Source: an uncultured Nitrososphaerota archaeon (GTDB taxonomy: Archaea; Thermoproteota; Nitrososphaeria; Nitrososphaerales; Gagatemarchaeaceae). Taken from it: a stretch of 64,000 nucleotides of DNA. Within the stretch, counting starts at the first letter, position 1. Each line of letters begins with the position of its first letter. Below are positions 30,435-39,594 of this stretch, piece after piece. The stretch lies in the NCBI GenBank assembly GCA_963838925.1, contig CAWISW010000002.1:128001-192000 (forward strand), read 5' to 3'. The notes under the pieces were generated by a model, which had not been told where the DNA came from, searched no databases, and saw only the letters and a program-made list of their open reading frames with translations. A program made the translations under genes and the position numbers.

Positions 30435-31622
30435 ATGGGAATCCCGGACGATAGCCTAGGCCTAGTCGAGACCAAGGAATTCACATTCGCATCGCCACCT
30501 CATGAGATGCCCCTCGAGAGCGGGGCGCGGCTCGGCCCGATTTCCCTCGCCTACGAGACCTACGGGGACCTGGACAGAGACAAGTCCAACGCCGTCCTGG
30601 TCCTCCACGCCCTTTCGGGAGACGCCCACGCCGCAGGCTTCCACGAGGGCGACAAGAGCCCTGGCTGGTGGGACAATATGATAGGCCCCGGAAAGGCCTT
30701 CGACACCGACAAGTACTATGTCGTGAGCTCGAACGTCATCGGGGGGTGCAGGGGGTCAACCGGGCCGTCCTCTCCGAACCCGAAGACGGGCAAGCCGTAC
30801 GGGTCTGACTTCCCGATCGTTTCGATAAGAGACATGGTGGACGCCCAGAGGCACCTCCTCGATCACCTCGGCATAGATCGTCTCCTCTCGGTGGCAGGCG
30901 GCTCGATGGGTGGGATGCAGGTCCTCCAGTGGATGGTCTCATACCCCGAGAGGATAAGGTCGGCGATCCCGATCTCGACGGCGCTCAAGCACACGCCTCA
31001 GCAGATAGCCTTCAACGAGGTCGGCAGGCAGGCAATAATGGCTGACCCCAACTGGCGGGACGGGCACTACTACGAGCACTCGCCGCCGTCGAAGGGGCTC
31101 GCCGTGGCAAGGATGGTCGGGCACATCACGTACATGAGCGAGACGTCGATGGCGGAGAAGTTCGGGAGGCGGCTGAAGGAGACGAAGCGGACTTTGAAGT
31201 TCAGCCCTGAGTTCGAGGTCGAGGGCTACCTGGAGAACAGGGGCGAGAACTTCGTCAAGAGGTTCGACGCAAACTCGTACCTCTACATAACAAAGGCGAT
31301 GGACAACTTCGACGCCGTCGGCACGAGGACCCACTCCGAGATCTTCAAGGGGCTCAAGGCCAAGGTCCTGGTCATCGCGTTCAAGTCTGACTGGCTGTAC
31401 CCCGCGCACCAGTCGCAGGAGATTGTCAAGGCCTGCAAGTGGGCGGGCGTGGACGCGACCTACTGCGAGGTCCACTCGACCTATGGACACGACGCCTTCC
31501 TTCTGGAGAAGGAGGAGGAGACCAGGCTCATCAAGCACTTCCTTGGCTCTACCTTAAACCACCGCGACGGCGCCACCGAGAGGGCGACCTCTCATGAGAT
31601 TAGACTACCGGGTCATCGCTGA
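30435..31622 (+). CDS. metX: Homoserine O-acetyltransferase
   Basis: HALSGD, GGSMGGMQ, RFDANSY, GHDAFL. Confidence 0.95.
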   Translation: MGIPDDSLGLVETKEFTFASPPHEMPLESGARLGPISLAYETYGDLDRDKSNAVLVLHALSGDAHAAGFHEGDKSPGWWDNMIGPGKAFDTDKYYVVSSNVIGGCRGSTGPSSPNPKTGKPYGSDFPIVSIRDMVDAQRHLLDHLGIDRLLSVAGGSMGGMQVLQWMVSYPERIRSAIPISTALKHTPQQIAFNEVGRQAIMADPNWRDGHYYEHSPPSKGLAVARMVGHITYMSETSMAEKFGRRLKETKRTLKFSPEFEVEGYLENRGENFVKRFDANSYLYITKAMDNFDAVGTRTHSEIFKGLKAKVLVIAFKSDWLYPAHQSQEIVKACKWAGVDATYCEVHSTYGHDAFLLEKEEETRLIKHFLGSTLNHRDGATERATSHEIRLPGHR

Positions 31623-32172
31623 CTGGATCGGGCAGGAGTCCAGCGTCCTGGACCTGGGGTGCGGCGACGGGGAGCTGCTCTCGATACTCGTAAAGGAGAA
31701 GAACGTTAGGGCGAACGGCATCGAGATCGACGAGCAGGCAATCTACAATTGCGTCGAGAAGGGGTTGAGCGTCTTCCACGAGGACATCGAGGCGGGCCTC
31801 TCCGGCTACCCGGACGAGTCCTTCGACTACGTAATCATGAACAGCAGCCTTCAGCAGGTGAAGGACCCGGACAAGGTCTTCCAGGAAGCGCTGCGCGTGG
31901 GGAAGAAGCTGATTGTGGGCTTCCCGAACTTCCTCCAGTACACTTCGAGGCTTCAGATGCTGTTCTCAGGGAGGGTGCCCGTGACGCCGTCGCTCCCGTA
32001 CGAGTGGTACAACACCCCGAACCTCCACTTCCTCAGCATAGCCGACTTCCAGGACTACTGCAAGCTGAGGGCCCTGCGGATCGAGGCGTCGGCGTACCTC
32101 AGCAAGGACAGGCGGATCGGCATCCTTCCGAACCTTCGAGCCGAGCAAGGGCTGTTCCTGCTCTCCAAGTGA
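31594..32172 (+). CDS. metW: Methionine biosynthesis protein MetW
   Basis: VLDLGCGDG, GFPNF, LPYEWYNTPNLH; follows metX. Confidence 0.93.
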   Translation: MRLDYRVIADWIGQESSVLDLGCGDGELLSILVKEKNVRANGIEIDEQAIYNCVEKGLSVFHEDIEAGLSGYPDESFDYVIMNSSLQQVKDPDKVFQEALRVGKKLIVGFPNFLQYTSRLQMLFSGRVPVTPSLPYEWYNTPNLHFLSIADFQDYCKLRALRIEASAYLSKDRRIGILPNLRAEQGLFLLSK

Positions 32173-32239
32173 CCGCGCGCCCCTGGGCCCAGGGAGCCCT
32201 CCGCTCCCTGAGCCCCCAGTTTGGCTGCCGCGTCGGGTG

Positions 32240-32407
32240 CTACTTGTTCCTGCCCATGAACGCGCCGAGGAGCGCGACGATGAATATCAAGAGGAACAGC
32301 GTGGTAGTTGTCATGTCGTAGACGTTGTCGAGGTCGAACGCCGAGTTGACCACCAGTCCTACCAGAGCCAGTAGGGCTGCGATCAGTACGAAGTTTCTGC
32401 TGTTCAT
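32240..32407 (-). CDS. 55-aa two-TM membrane protein (below the ORF-track cutoff)
   Basis: MNSRNFVLIAALLALVGLVVNSAFDLDNVYDMTTTTLFLLIFIVALLGAFMGRNK with host-like codons. Confidence 0.6.
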   Translation of the reverse strand: MNSRNFVLIAALLALVGLVVNSAFDLDNVYDMTTTTLFLLIFIVALLGAFMGRNK

Positions 32408-32467
32408 TGTTTGTCAGCGGGCCGCTCCGCGAGGCGTATTTACAGGTTGTCCGGAAGGTCAGGCCGT

Positions 32468-32932
32468 CTAGTTGTTGCGCGAGGAGAGCGCGACGTCCTG
32501 CGTGATCCACGGGGTGGGAGCATCCATACCCAGCGCGTCGAGGAGAAGGTACACCGACTCGTAGTTCTTCCGGAATATCTCGACCGCCATCTCGTTTGAG
32601 ATGTCGTTGCCAAGGGCGTGGAAGTCGTTCTTCGGGTTGAACCGTAAGAACCGCACGACGGCTGACCCTCTGACCTTGCAAAGCTGCCCTGAGGAAGGCT
32701 TTCCGAATGAAAAAGCGTACCGAACGTTAAGGCTGTCCTCGGTCCTGGAGGACTCGCTCATGTCGACGTCGAAGTCGAACTGGCCCGCGCTCCGCTCCTT
32801 GGTCGTCCCACCCGAGTTCGTGAGCGATATCTCTTGGATCGCAGACTCCACCGCCAGTATCCTGACCCCCAGGCTGGGAGTGGCGAGCTCCGCGTCTTCC
32901 CTGGGCGTCTGGACCAGAATTGCGGAAGGCAT
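32468..32932 (-). CDS. Hypothetical protein, possibly SecB-like fold
   Basis: Predicted four beta strands then helices ending LG.D.P; coupled to the upstream wHTH gene. Confidence 0.6.
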   Translation of the reverse strand: MPSAILVQTPREDAELATPSLGVRILAVESAIQEISLTNSGGTTKERSAGQFDFDVDMSESSRTEDSLNVRYAFSFGKPSSGQLCKVRGSAVVRFLRFNPKNDFHALGNDISNEMAVEIFRKNYESVYLLLDALGMDAPTPWITQDVALSSRNN

Positions 32933-32933
32933 G

Positions 32934-33245
32934 CTACGCGTGGACCTCCGCCGTGCCCGTCCCCGTCCTATCGATGATGCTAGCGTAGTCGCGAAGGACT
33001 TCCATCCCTCTGTCGGTGATGGCGTACTCCACGCGCGACGACTCGCCGCTCACGCGCATGAACCCCGACGCCACCAGACCCTCGAGGTTCTTCTGCATGA
33101 CCATCCACGACGTGTTGCTGCGATACATGATGTGGGTGGGCTTCGCAGAGCCTGCCGCAGCGACCTTGAGTATGTCCATCCTGATCTCGAAAGCGGACCT
33201 GCGGGATTGAACTGGTCTCGTCTGCGTGTTCAGTACTTGCGCCAT
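32934..33245 (-). CDS. Archaeal winged-helix regulator (HTH_45-like)
   Basis: RRSAFEIRMDIL..KPTHIMYRSN.SW..Y.ITDRG. Confidence 0.85.
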   Translation of the reverse strand: MAQVLNTQTRPVQSRRSAFEIRMDILKVAAAGSAKPTHIMYRSNTSWMVMQKNLEGLVASGFMRVSGESSRVEYAITDRGMEVLRDYASIIDRTGTGTAEVHA

Positions 33246-33346
33246 TTTCTTCGACGTCTCTGTATAGGTGCGTGGCGTTATATAGCACGAAGAAACCAAA
33301 ACCAATACCAACGACATATTGCTATAACATGGAATCCGGTTCTATG

Positions 33347-33362
33347 ATTCCTTGCAAGGAAT
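33347..33362. promoter_or_regulatory. Perfect 16-bp palindrome, candidate operator
   Basis: ATTCCTTGCAAGGAAT upstream of the wHTH gene. Confidence 0.45.
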
Positions 33363-33438
33363 GCAGACTCTAGGACGCTAGTTGCACTATTTGCACAAAT
33401 TTGGCTAACGGGATTTACATCGTTAGAACGTTCTTTCC

Positions 33439-34686
33439 CTACGTCTCTCTCGTCACGGTCAGCCCGGAGCCGTCGTACGAGAGGTGGAGCGCATATAGGC
33501 CCTTTATGAGGCTCACGACCCGCTCGTCCTGTGCGTGGCGTTTCACCACGAAGAGGGCGCTCGAGTTCGCATCCTTTGAGAGCAGCTCCTTCTGCGCCTT
33601 CAGGAAGCCGTAAGACCTTTCGAAGCCAAACGACACTACAAGGTCTGATATGCTGTCGAAGATCATGAGGACCTTCCGGCTGGAGTGCGCCTGAAGGGTC
33701 TTCGCGGTCAGGTCGAGCAGCACGGCCGGATCGTCCTGTGGCACGGAGACCTCGTCTCCCTGCCCGGTGGGCTTAGGGTAGGTCGTCTGCGACGACATGC
33801 TGAATATTTGGACGCCCTCCACCGAAGAGAGCGCGGAGTAGATAGGCCCTCCCTTCCAGGTAAACGCGAAGACGGCGCTCTTCGAGGCCTTGAACGCGTC
33901 TGCGAACTCCTTCACGATGGCCTCGTAGCTCATTCCGGGGTCGACCTCGATGAGCATGCTCTTTCCTGCGAACCGGGCGACGTCCACCTCGCTCCTGGTT
34001 TGACCCTGGCCTCGACCTGGCGGGTCGTCCGGCTCGCCCCAAGGCGTCAGCTCCAGCGAGTATGCCCGGGCGAGCGCGTCGACCTTGGGTGAGAGCTCCC
34101 CGGCGTAGAGCGCGTGGATGCTCAGCTCGGTGTCGAGCTGGGTGACGAAGAGCTTCATTATCTGAGTCTCGTCCACGTCCTGTAGGATGACGTACCCGTG
34201 CTTCGACCCGTCCCTCCTCTGGGAAACCAGTCCCAGTGAGTGCACCGCGCCAGACTTGCCGACCATCTTGGGGCTCAGTATCTTGGCGCCCTCCGCCCTG
34301 ACCCTGGCCTCCAAGCTCAGGTAGAGGTCAGACTCCTGCGAGCCTACCTTGGGGAGGTAGGTCAGGGCCTTCGAGATGCGCTCCTTCGTTATGGTCTCAA
34401 GCTTCAGAGGCGCCGCCTCACGCTTCAGGTTGACGTAATAGTCCAGAAGCCTCGAACCGCTTTCTGTCAGGGAGTACGTCACCCTCTTGCCGTCCACCTG
34501 CCTCGAAAGCAACTGGTTCCTGATTAAGGCCTCAAGGTACATGATGAGGTCGTCCCACGTGACGTTCGCGATCTGCATTATCCTTGTGGGCTTCTCCGTC
34601 CCCTTCGATATCACGCTGAGTATGTCGCAGATTATCTCTAGTTTTGACCGTCTACCTGACGATTTTGGGGTGTCTTCTTCGAACAA
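33439..34686 (-). CDS. wHTH + degenerate restriction-endonuclease-like + DUF835 (KaiC-like) fusion
   Basis: RRSKLEIICDIL; GKSGAVH motif; C-terminal IFDSISDLVVSFGFERSYGFL. Confidence 0.72.
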   Translation of the reverse strand: MFEEDTPKSSGRRSKLEIICDILSVISKGTEKPTRIMQIANVTWDDLIMYLEALIRNQLLSRQVDGKRVTYSLTESGSRLLDYYVNLKREAAPLKLETITKERISKALTYLPKVGSQESDLYLSLEARVRAEGAKILSPKMVGKSGAVHSLGLVSQRRDGSKHGYVILQDVDETQIMKLFVTQLDTELSIHALYAGELSPKVDALARAYSLELTPWGEPDDPPGRGQGQTRSEVDVARFAGKSMLIEVDPGMSYEAIVKEFADAFKASKSAVFAFTWKGGPIYSALSSVEGVQIFSMSSQTTYPKPTGQGDEVSVPQDDPAVLLDLTAKTLQAHSSRKVLMIFDSISDLVVSFGFERSYGFLKAQKELLSKDANSSALFVVKRHAQDERVVSLIKGLYALHLSYDGSGLTVTRET

Positions 34687-34785
34687 GTTTGGCCGTTTTC
34701 CCTATTTTCTTTGGCTTTTCCTATGATATGTAAGTTTTGGCGCCGGGTTGGGACGAGAAATCAGCGACTGCGCATCCTGCAGACC

Positions 34786-35064
34786 TCACTGCTTCTGGCT
34801 CTTCGAGGGAGCGCGTCCACCGCCGTCTGGCTTCCCGCCTGGCGAGCTCCTCCCAGACTCGAGCGCGGCTTTCTCGAGCTTCGAGTTGCTGCGCCATATC
34901 GCCAATATCGCTCCGCCCACCAAGACCGTGACGACGAGGGCGAAAGCTATCCTTGTCAGGTCGGGCGACGCCGAGAGGATTGCCCCGTCTAGGACCGCGA
35001 GCAGCGCGCCCGCGCCGACCATGTTGCGCCTCCACTTCTGCGGCGGCTTCCGCTCGCGTTTCAA
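34786..35064 (-). CDS. Small two-TM membrane protein
   Basis: Two hydrophobic segments after a basic N-terminus. Confidence 0.55.
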   Translation of the reverse strand: MKRERKPPQKWRRNMVGAGALLAVLDGAILSASPDLTRIAFALVVTVLVGGAILAIWRSNSKLEKAALESGRSSPGGKPDGGGRAPSKSQKQ

Positions 35065-35119
35065 GCTTGCGCCGTTAAGGCTTGCAGGCTTTTTAGGGGT
35101 TCCGGGAAGAGGGCGCGCC

Positions 35120-35533
35120 TCATTCAGGATTGCCCTGGAAGAGCATCTGGAGGTTCCCCTCGGAGTCCTTGAAGAACGCGGTGGCGCCCGCGGCGGGGTC
35201 GTAGGTTATCGGCCCCTCGACCCTGCTGCCCTTCCCCATCTTCTCCCCGCGGCCGAACTTCACTCCCTTGCCCTTCAGCTCGCCTACGACCGCCTTGATG
35301 TCTTCGACGACGAACACCGAGTACGCGAGCTCCCTCTTCTCCCACTTCTGCGGCGTGACGAGCCAGAACTCGCAGCCGCTCACCTTGAGGGAGGCCCAAA
35401 AGTCCTTCATGTCTCCCTCCATCCGGTGGAGGACCTTCCCACCGAGGGCAGCGGTGTAGAACTTCACTGCCCTGTCCATGTTCTTGACAGGCACTAGCGT
35501 GGCGTGGCTGCTGGTTTGAGAGAGGGATGCCAT
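35120..35533 (-). CDS. VOC family protein
   Basis: VKNMDRAVKFY..LG; FFKDSEGN. Confidence 0.88.
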   Translation of the reverse strand: MASLSQTSSHATLVPVKNMDRAVKFYTAALGGKVLHRMEGDMKDFWASLKVSGCEFWLVTPQKWEKRELAYSVFVVEDIKAVVGELKGKGVKFGRGEKMGKGSRVEGPITYDPAAGATAFFKDSEGNLQMLFQGNPE

Positions 35534-35612
35534 GTTTCAAGATGCTCGCGCGGCTTATTTAAAGCGGAAAGGGAAATAGCGGATATCGGTCCGGCACTCG
35601 GCCTACTCCTAG

Positions 35613-37043
35613 CTATGATCTGAAGGCGAACGGGTTGACCGGGAAGTAGGCGAAGAAGAAGACTACAGCCGCGACCAACCAGAGCAGGATCAGCAGCCTC
35701 TCGGCCTTCACGCTTCCTCGCGCCAGGAACGTGACCGCCAGCGGGATCCCGAGCGCGAGACCCACGTCGGTGTTGATGAAGTAGAACGCGTACTCCACCC
35801 TGTCGCTGACCAAAGAGATGTAGTATAGGGGGAGATACGTCCCCGCGATGACGCACGCGACCAGCGCGTCGACCGCCTTCGCAGTTCTCCGCACGAGCCT
35901 CCACGCCACTATGGGAACCACCACCCAGATCGAGTACCAGACGACTAGGTTCCCGATCCCCTGCCAGTCTATCGGGTGAGTGATCTCGACCGTCGACGTG
36001 GGCGCACACGTCGACGAGGACACGCATGAGTTGGACGTCACCGTGACCGTCACTGTGCTGACATAGTAGGGTAGCGGGGCGACGTCCCAGGGCAAGATCC
36101 AGTCCCACGGGTAGCAGTTCCACTGGTTCGTGCTCCCGCAGCCCTTCAGCGATGTCTGGTAGGTGAAGTAGTATTCGAAGTTCTGGAGCGGGTTGGTCAC
36201 ACTACCCGACTCCGTCGTCGTGGTCGTCGTCGTCGTGAAGGTCTCGTTGATGAGCTGGTTCACGGTGACCGTAGGCTCGACGACGACCGTCGTCTTGGTG
36301 TACGGGTGGTACGCCGCGTCGTACCCCCAGAGGGGGAGCCCGACCACGAGCGAGACTATGATCGCGAATGCTAGGACCTTCTTCAGGCCGATGGGCGAGC
36401 CCGGCGTCCGCAGGCTCTTCGCGTTGGCCCAGAGGTGGTAGAGCACTAGGGCGAGCAGAAAGAACACTCCGCTCTCCTTGCTGAGCACGCACAGGCCGAA
36501 GGCCAGCGCAGAGAGGTAGTATCTCCTCTTGAAGTAAGCCAGGAACCCCGCGAGCGCGAAGAGGACCGGGGGCCCGTCAAGGAGGAGGAGGGACGTGTGT
36601 ATGAAGAAGAGGTTCTCGAACGCGAGCATCGAGGCGGCGAGGAGGGCGTTCTCCTTCGAGAAGAACTGCCTCGCGAGCTCGTACATCAGCCAGACCGAAA
36701 GGGTGCCGATCAGCGCGTAGAATATCCTCCATCCGAAGAAGTTGTCTCCGAACACCAGGATGCCAAGCGCGCCCCAGATCTTGCCGAAGAAGGGGTGCTC
36801 GAGGTTCGACGCGACCCCGTGGAGCAGGTCGAGCGACGCCTTGACGTAGTATGACTCGTCGAACACCTGGCCCGCTCCGTTGGACGTGTCAGAGGGGAAC
36901 GATAGCGCGAAGAGGTGCAGGGCGAAGATGACCAGGAGCAGGTGACCGATGTTGATGCCCCTCACCGCCTTCTGCAGGTAGTCGATGACCGACCCCTCTT
37001 CGCCGGCGGGCGCCACCTCGGTACTCTCGGCCAAGACGTCCAC
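35613..37043 (-). CDS. GT39/PMT-like glycosyltransferase
   Basis: VFDESYYV, NLEHPFFGK, FGWR, LSKESG, PWDW, GNLVVW. Confidence 0.85.
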   Translation of the reverse strand: MDVLAESTEVAPAGEEGSVIDYLQKAVRGINIGHLLLVIFALHLFALSFPSDTSNGAGQVFDESYYVKASLDLLHGVASNLEHPFFGKIWGALGILVFGDNFFGWRIFYALIGTLSVWLMYELARQFFSKENALLAASMLAFENLFFIHTSLLLLDGPPVLFALAGFLAYFKRRYYLSALAFGLCVLSKESGVFFLLALVLYHLWANAKSLRTPGSPIGLKKVLAFAIIVSLVVGLPLWGYDAAYHPYTKTTVVVEPTVTVNQLINETFTTTTTTTTESGSVTNPLQNFEYYFTYQTSLKGCGSTNQWNCYPWDWILPWDVAPLPYYVSTVTVTVTSNSCVSSSTCAPTSTVEITHPIDWQGIGNLVVWYSIWVVVPIVAWRLVRRTAKAVDALVACVIAGTYLPLYYISLVSDRVEYAFYFINTDVGLALGIPLAVTFLARGSVKAERLLILLWLVAAVVFFFAYFPVNPFAFRS

Positions 37044-37115
37044 CGCTCTCGCTCGGAGATATAACCTTCAAAGGTCTAAATCCCGAGGTGCGAGCCGGTC
37101 CAAGCGTAGACTTCC

Positions 37116-37793
37116 TTGGTCGCCCCCGCCTCCTTTCTTGACAAGCTGGCCGGCAAGGTCGTCTTGGCGTCCTACTTCGCGGCCTTGTTGGTTCTCCTCG
37201 CGTCGGTCGCTCTGACCTTCGAGGGACAGATCTGGGTTGGCCAGGTGGGAGACGTGTCGTCGGTCTCGCTCGCCTCGGTGTCCGTGATCTACGTCCTCGG
37301 CCAGTACCGGTTCAGGAGCGTCGGCTACTCTATCATGAAGTCGGTAGTCCTGGGAGTTCTCCTAGCCAACGCGTTCCTCCAGTGCTACGAGCTCGCCTAC
37401 GGCCTGACTTGGGGCCTCAGCGGCCTCTTATCCGACCCGCCCACGTTGACCGGCACCGACGTCAGGACGTTCCTCCTGTGGGTCGTGATGATATCCCCAA
37501 TACTCTTGGTGCACGAGCACCTGAGGTTCAAGCGGACCAGCGCCCTATTGATCTCCTTGACAGGTGCGGTCTGGGTGGTGTGGATTCTCTACGGCTTTCC
37601 TCAATACTACCTCTCCGGCTACTTCTTCCCCCAAGTACTGAAGACCTCTGACCCGTTCCACCTCAGCCTCTGGCTCAACTTCGGCTCAAAGGCGCTGCTC
37701 GCAGTTTTCTTCGTGTCTTTGCTGGAGCCCCTGAAAGCCCTCAGGAACCTTCGCCACATCCCGGAGCAGGGTACCGAGAGGGGAACGACCTAG
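37116..37793 (+). CDS. Multi-pass membrane protein
   Basis: About six hydrophobic segments. Confidence 0.65.
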   Translation: MVAPASFLDKLAGKVVLASYFAALLVLLASVALTFEGQIWVGQVGDVSSVSLASVSVIYVLGQYRFRSVGYSIMKSVVLGVLLANAFLQCYELAYGLTWGLSGLLSDPPTLTGTDVRTFLLWVVMISPILLVHEHLRFKRTSALLISLTGAVWVVWILYGFPQYYLSGYFFPQVLKTSDPFHLSLWLNFGSKALLAVFFVSLLEPLKALRNLRHIPEQGTERGTT

Positions 37794-38234
37794 TCAGGGC
37801 AAGAGCCCGCCGGCGCCCAGCATCGCCGTCACGGTGGTCCCGTCCGACAGGTCGACCACGACCACGCCGACCGAAGCGGGCCTTTGGCTGGATCCGACGT
37901 CTCCCAGCCCGCGAACCATCGTGATGCCCGGCAGGGTCACCGCTATCGTCACGGCTCCTCCGCTTGCCGTCACCACGGGCTGGGTCACGGTGCCGTTTAT
38001 TGTGACAGACCTTACTTCTGATACGCTTACCAACCCCTGATTCGCGTCGAGGACGATCGTGCAGGAGAACGTGCCGCCGCCCTTGCAAGAGCTCTGGTGC
38101 GGGTCGACGAAGACGTTCGTGCTAGCGGGGGGCGTAGCTGACGAGAACGGAGAGTCAAGAACCAACGCCAGGGAAACAGCGAGTGCAACAAAGAGGACTG
38201 CTGTCCCGATTGCAGCGACCTTCTTCTTCTCCAG
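37794..38234 (-). CDS. Exported or membrane-anchored hypothetical protein
   Basis: Frame extends upstream of the track start to KKKVAAIGTAVLFVALAVSLALVL, a signal or anchor; start uncertain. Confidence 0.55.
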   Translation of the reverse strand: MEKKKVAAIGTAVLFVALAVSLALVLDSPFSSATPPASTNVFVDPHQSSCKGGGTFSCTIVLDANQGLVSVSEVRSVTINGTVTQPVVTASGGAVTIAVTLPGITMVRGLGDVGSSQRPASVGVVVVDLSDGTTVTAMLGAGGLLP

Positions 38235-38351
38235 CCTTGCTCGCCTGGGTGCGTTTCCGTTTCCCTCGACTAATATGGATGACTGACAGCCCTTGAATCA
38301 AGAATTCGCGGTAATTCAGGGGTCTTCTTGGATGTTCCTCGCTCCAGTGAC

Positions 38352-38365
38352 TTGACGTTCGTCAA
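38352..38365. promoter_or_regulatory. Inverted repeat TTGACG-TT-CGTCAA
   Basis: Lies in the divergent intergenic region upstream of the tubulin operon. Confidence 0.35.
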
Positions 38366-38565
38366 CGGAATTACGCTACTTGTCTAGATTTCATGGCACC
38401 GTCGGTAATCTGCCCGGCGGACGATTTCCTAGCGCTGACCCAGCGATGAAGCTATTTCGCTCAACTCACGGAGCAGAATCCGGCGCGAAACACGGGCCCA
38501 TGCGGGAAAAAATCGAGCATTACTTCTTAACGCTTAAATCGAGTGACCGAGTTGGTGTATCAAGT

Positions 38566-39564
38566 TTGAGAAGATCTCTCTCTTTTGCGTCAGTTTTGGC
38601 TTTGCTCGCGGTCATCACGGTTTCGGGGGCGAATTTGGCCCATGCCCAGCCTCAGAATGCCTGGACAGCAAACGGATGGGTCTCCTCTGGAACCATCCAG
38701 GACCTGACGGGCAACTCGAACCTAGCAACGAACTCTCCGCTCATCGCAGGGCACTCTTACAACATGACGCTGCAGATCAACGTCCCCAACACTTCGACGA
38801 GCACCCCGCAGTTCCAAGTGAGCCTCAACACGAGGTTCGGAGCGGCCACAGGGCAGTCTGTGTATTGGGTCGTCCACAACCCAACTTACCCGGGCTATAA
38901 TCGCACGGGATTCACTGGCGGAAGCAAGACTGTGAGCTTCAACTACGTGCAGGGGACTGTCAGGGTCTCGGCTTACTTCCAGATCCCGGTGAACTTCACC
39001 ATTCCGATCGCGAAGTACTCCACTCCCTCGGGCAACGGCACGCTGACGCTGCACCTTCCGCAGGACAACGTGATATTCGTCTCCGTCGTTCCAGTCGGAT
39101 CGACCAGCGCTGGCTCGTTCTTGGCCTCCGTACAGGACCAGACCATCCAGACGTACGCGAACAACTACAACCAGACTTCCAGCTACGTCCCCGCGGGGAA
39201 GATCCCTTCAGCCTACTCGTCTTTGGTCAGCTCGATCATCAATGAGGCGCAAGCCCTCAACAACCTAGGTCTGCCAGACCAGGGCACAGCGCTGCTCAAC
39301 GACCTCGCTCCCTCGGCCTTCCCGGTTCCTCCAAACGGCTCCCTCACGACCTACGCCTTGGTGGGATTGGCAGGCGCGGTGGTCGTCGTCGTCCTACTGG
39401 CCGTCCTAATGCTGCGCAGCAGAGGAAAGAGCGGCTACTCGGTCGGGATAATCAACGACGTCCAGAAGGACCTCGCTGTCCTTGAGGTAACGGCGGCGAA
39501 GTACGACAAGGCGATGGCCGACAAGCTAAAGTCTCTCAGAGACAAGTTGAGCGAGTCAAGTTGA
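38566..39564 (+). CDS. Cell-surface protein: signal peptide, beta-rich ectodomain, C-terminal TM and cytoplasmic helix
   Basis: MRRSLSFASVLALLAVITVSGANLAHA signal; several N-x-S/T sequons; TM ALVGLAGAVVVVVLLAVLML. Confidence 0.8.
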   Translation: MRRSLSFASVLALLAVITVSGANLAHAQPQNAWTANGWVSSGTIQDLTGNSNLATNSPLIAGHSYNMTLQINVPNTSTSTPQFQVSLNTRFGAATGQSVYWVVHNPTYPGYNRTGFTGGSKTVSFNYVQGTVRVSAYFQIPVNFTIPIAKYSTPSGNGTLTLHLPQDNVIFVSVVPVGSTSAGSFLASVQDQTIQTYANNYNQTSSYVPAGKIPSAYSSLVSSIINEAQALNNLGLPDQGTALLNDLAPSAFPVPPNGSLTTYALVGLAGAVVVVVLLAVLMLRSRGKSGYSVGIINDVQKDLAVLEVTAAKYDKAMADKLKSLRDKLSESS

Positions 39565-39594
39565 GCGAGTCAAGTTGAGCGAGTCAAGTTGAGC
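39543..39594 (+). repeat. 14-bp tandem repeat (CAAGTTGAGCGAGT x3.7)
   Basis: Three perfect units plus 10 bp, spanning a stop codon and a start codon. Confidence 0.95.

Noticed and set aside
38380-38565. N-terminal extension of the surface protein
   Set aside because: The signal peptide, TATA-like element and GGTG site point to TTG 38566
39543-39594. CRISPR array
   Set aside because: The 14-bp units are directly adjacent with no spacers, and there are no cas genes
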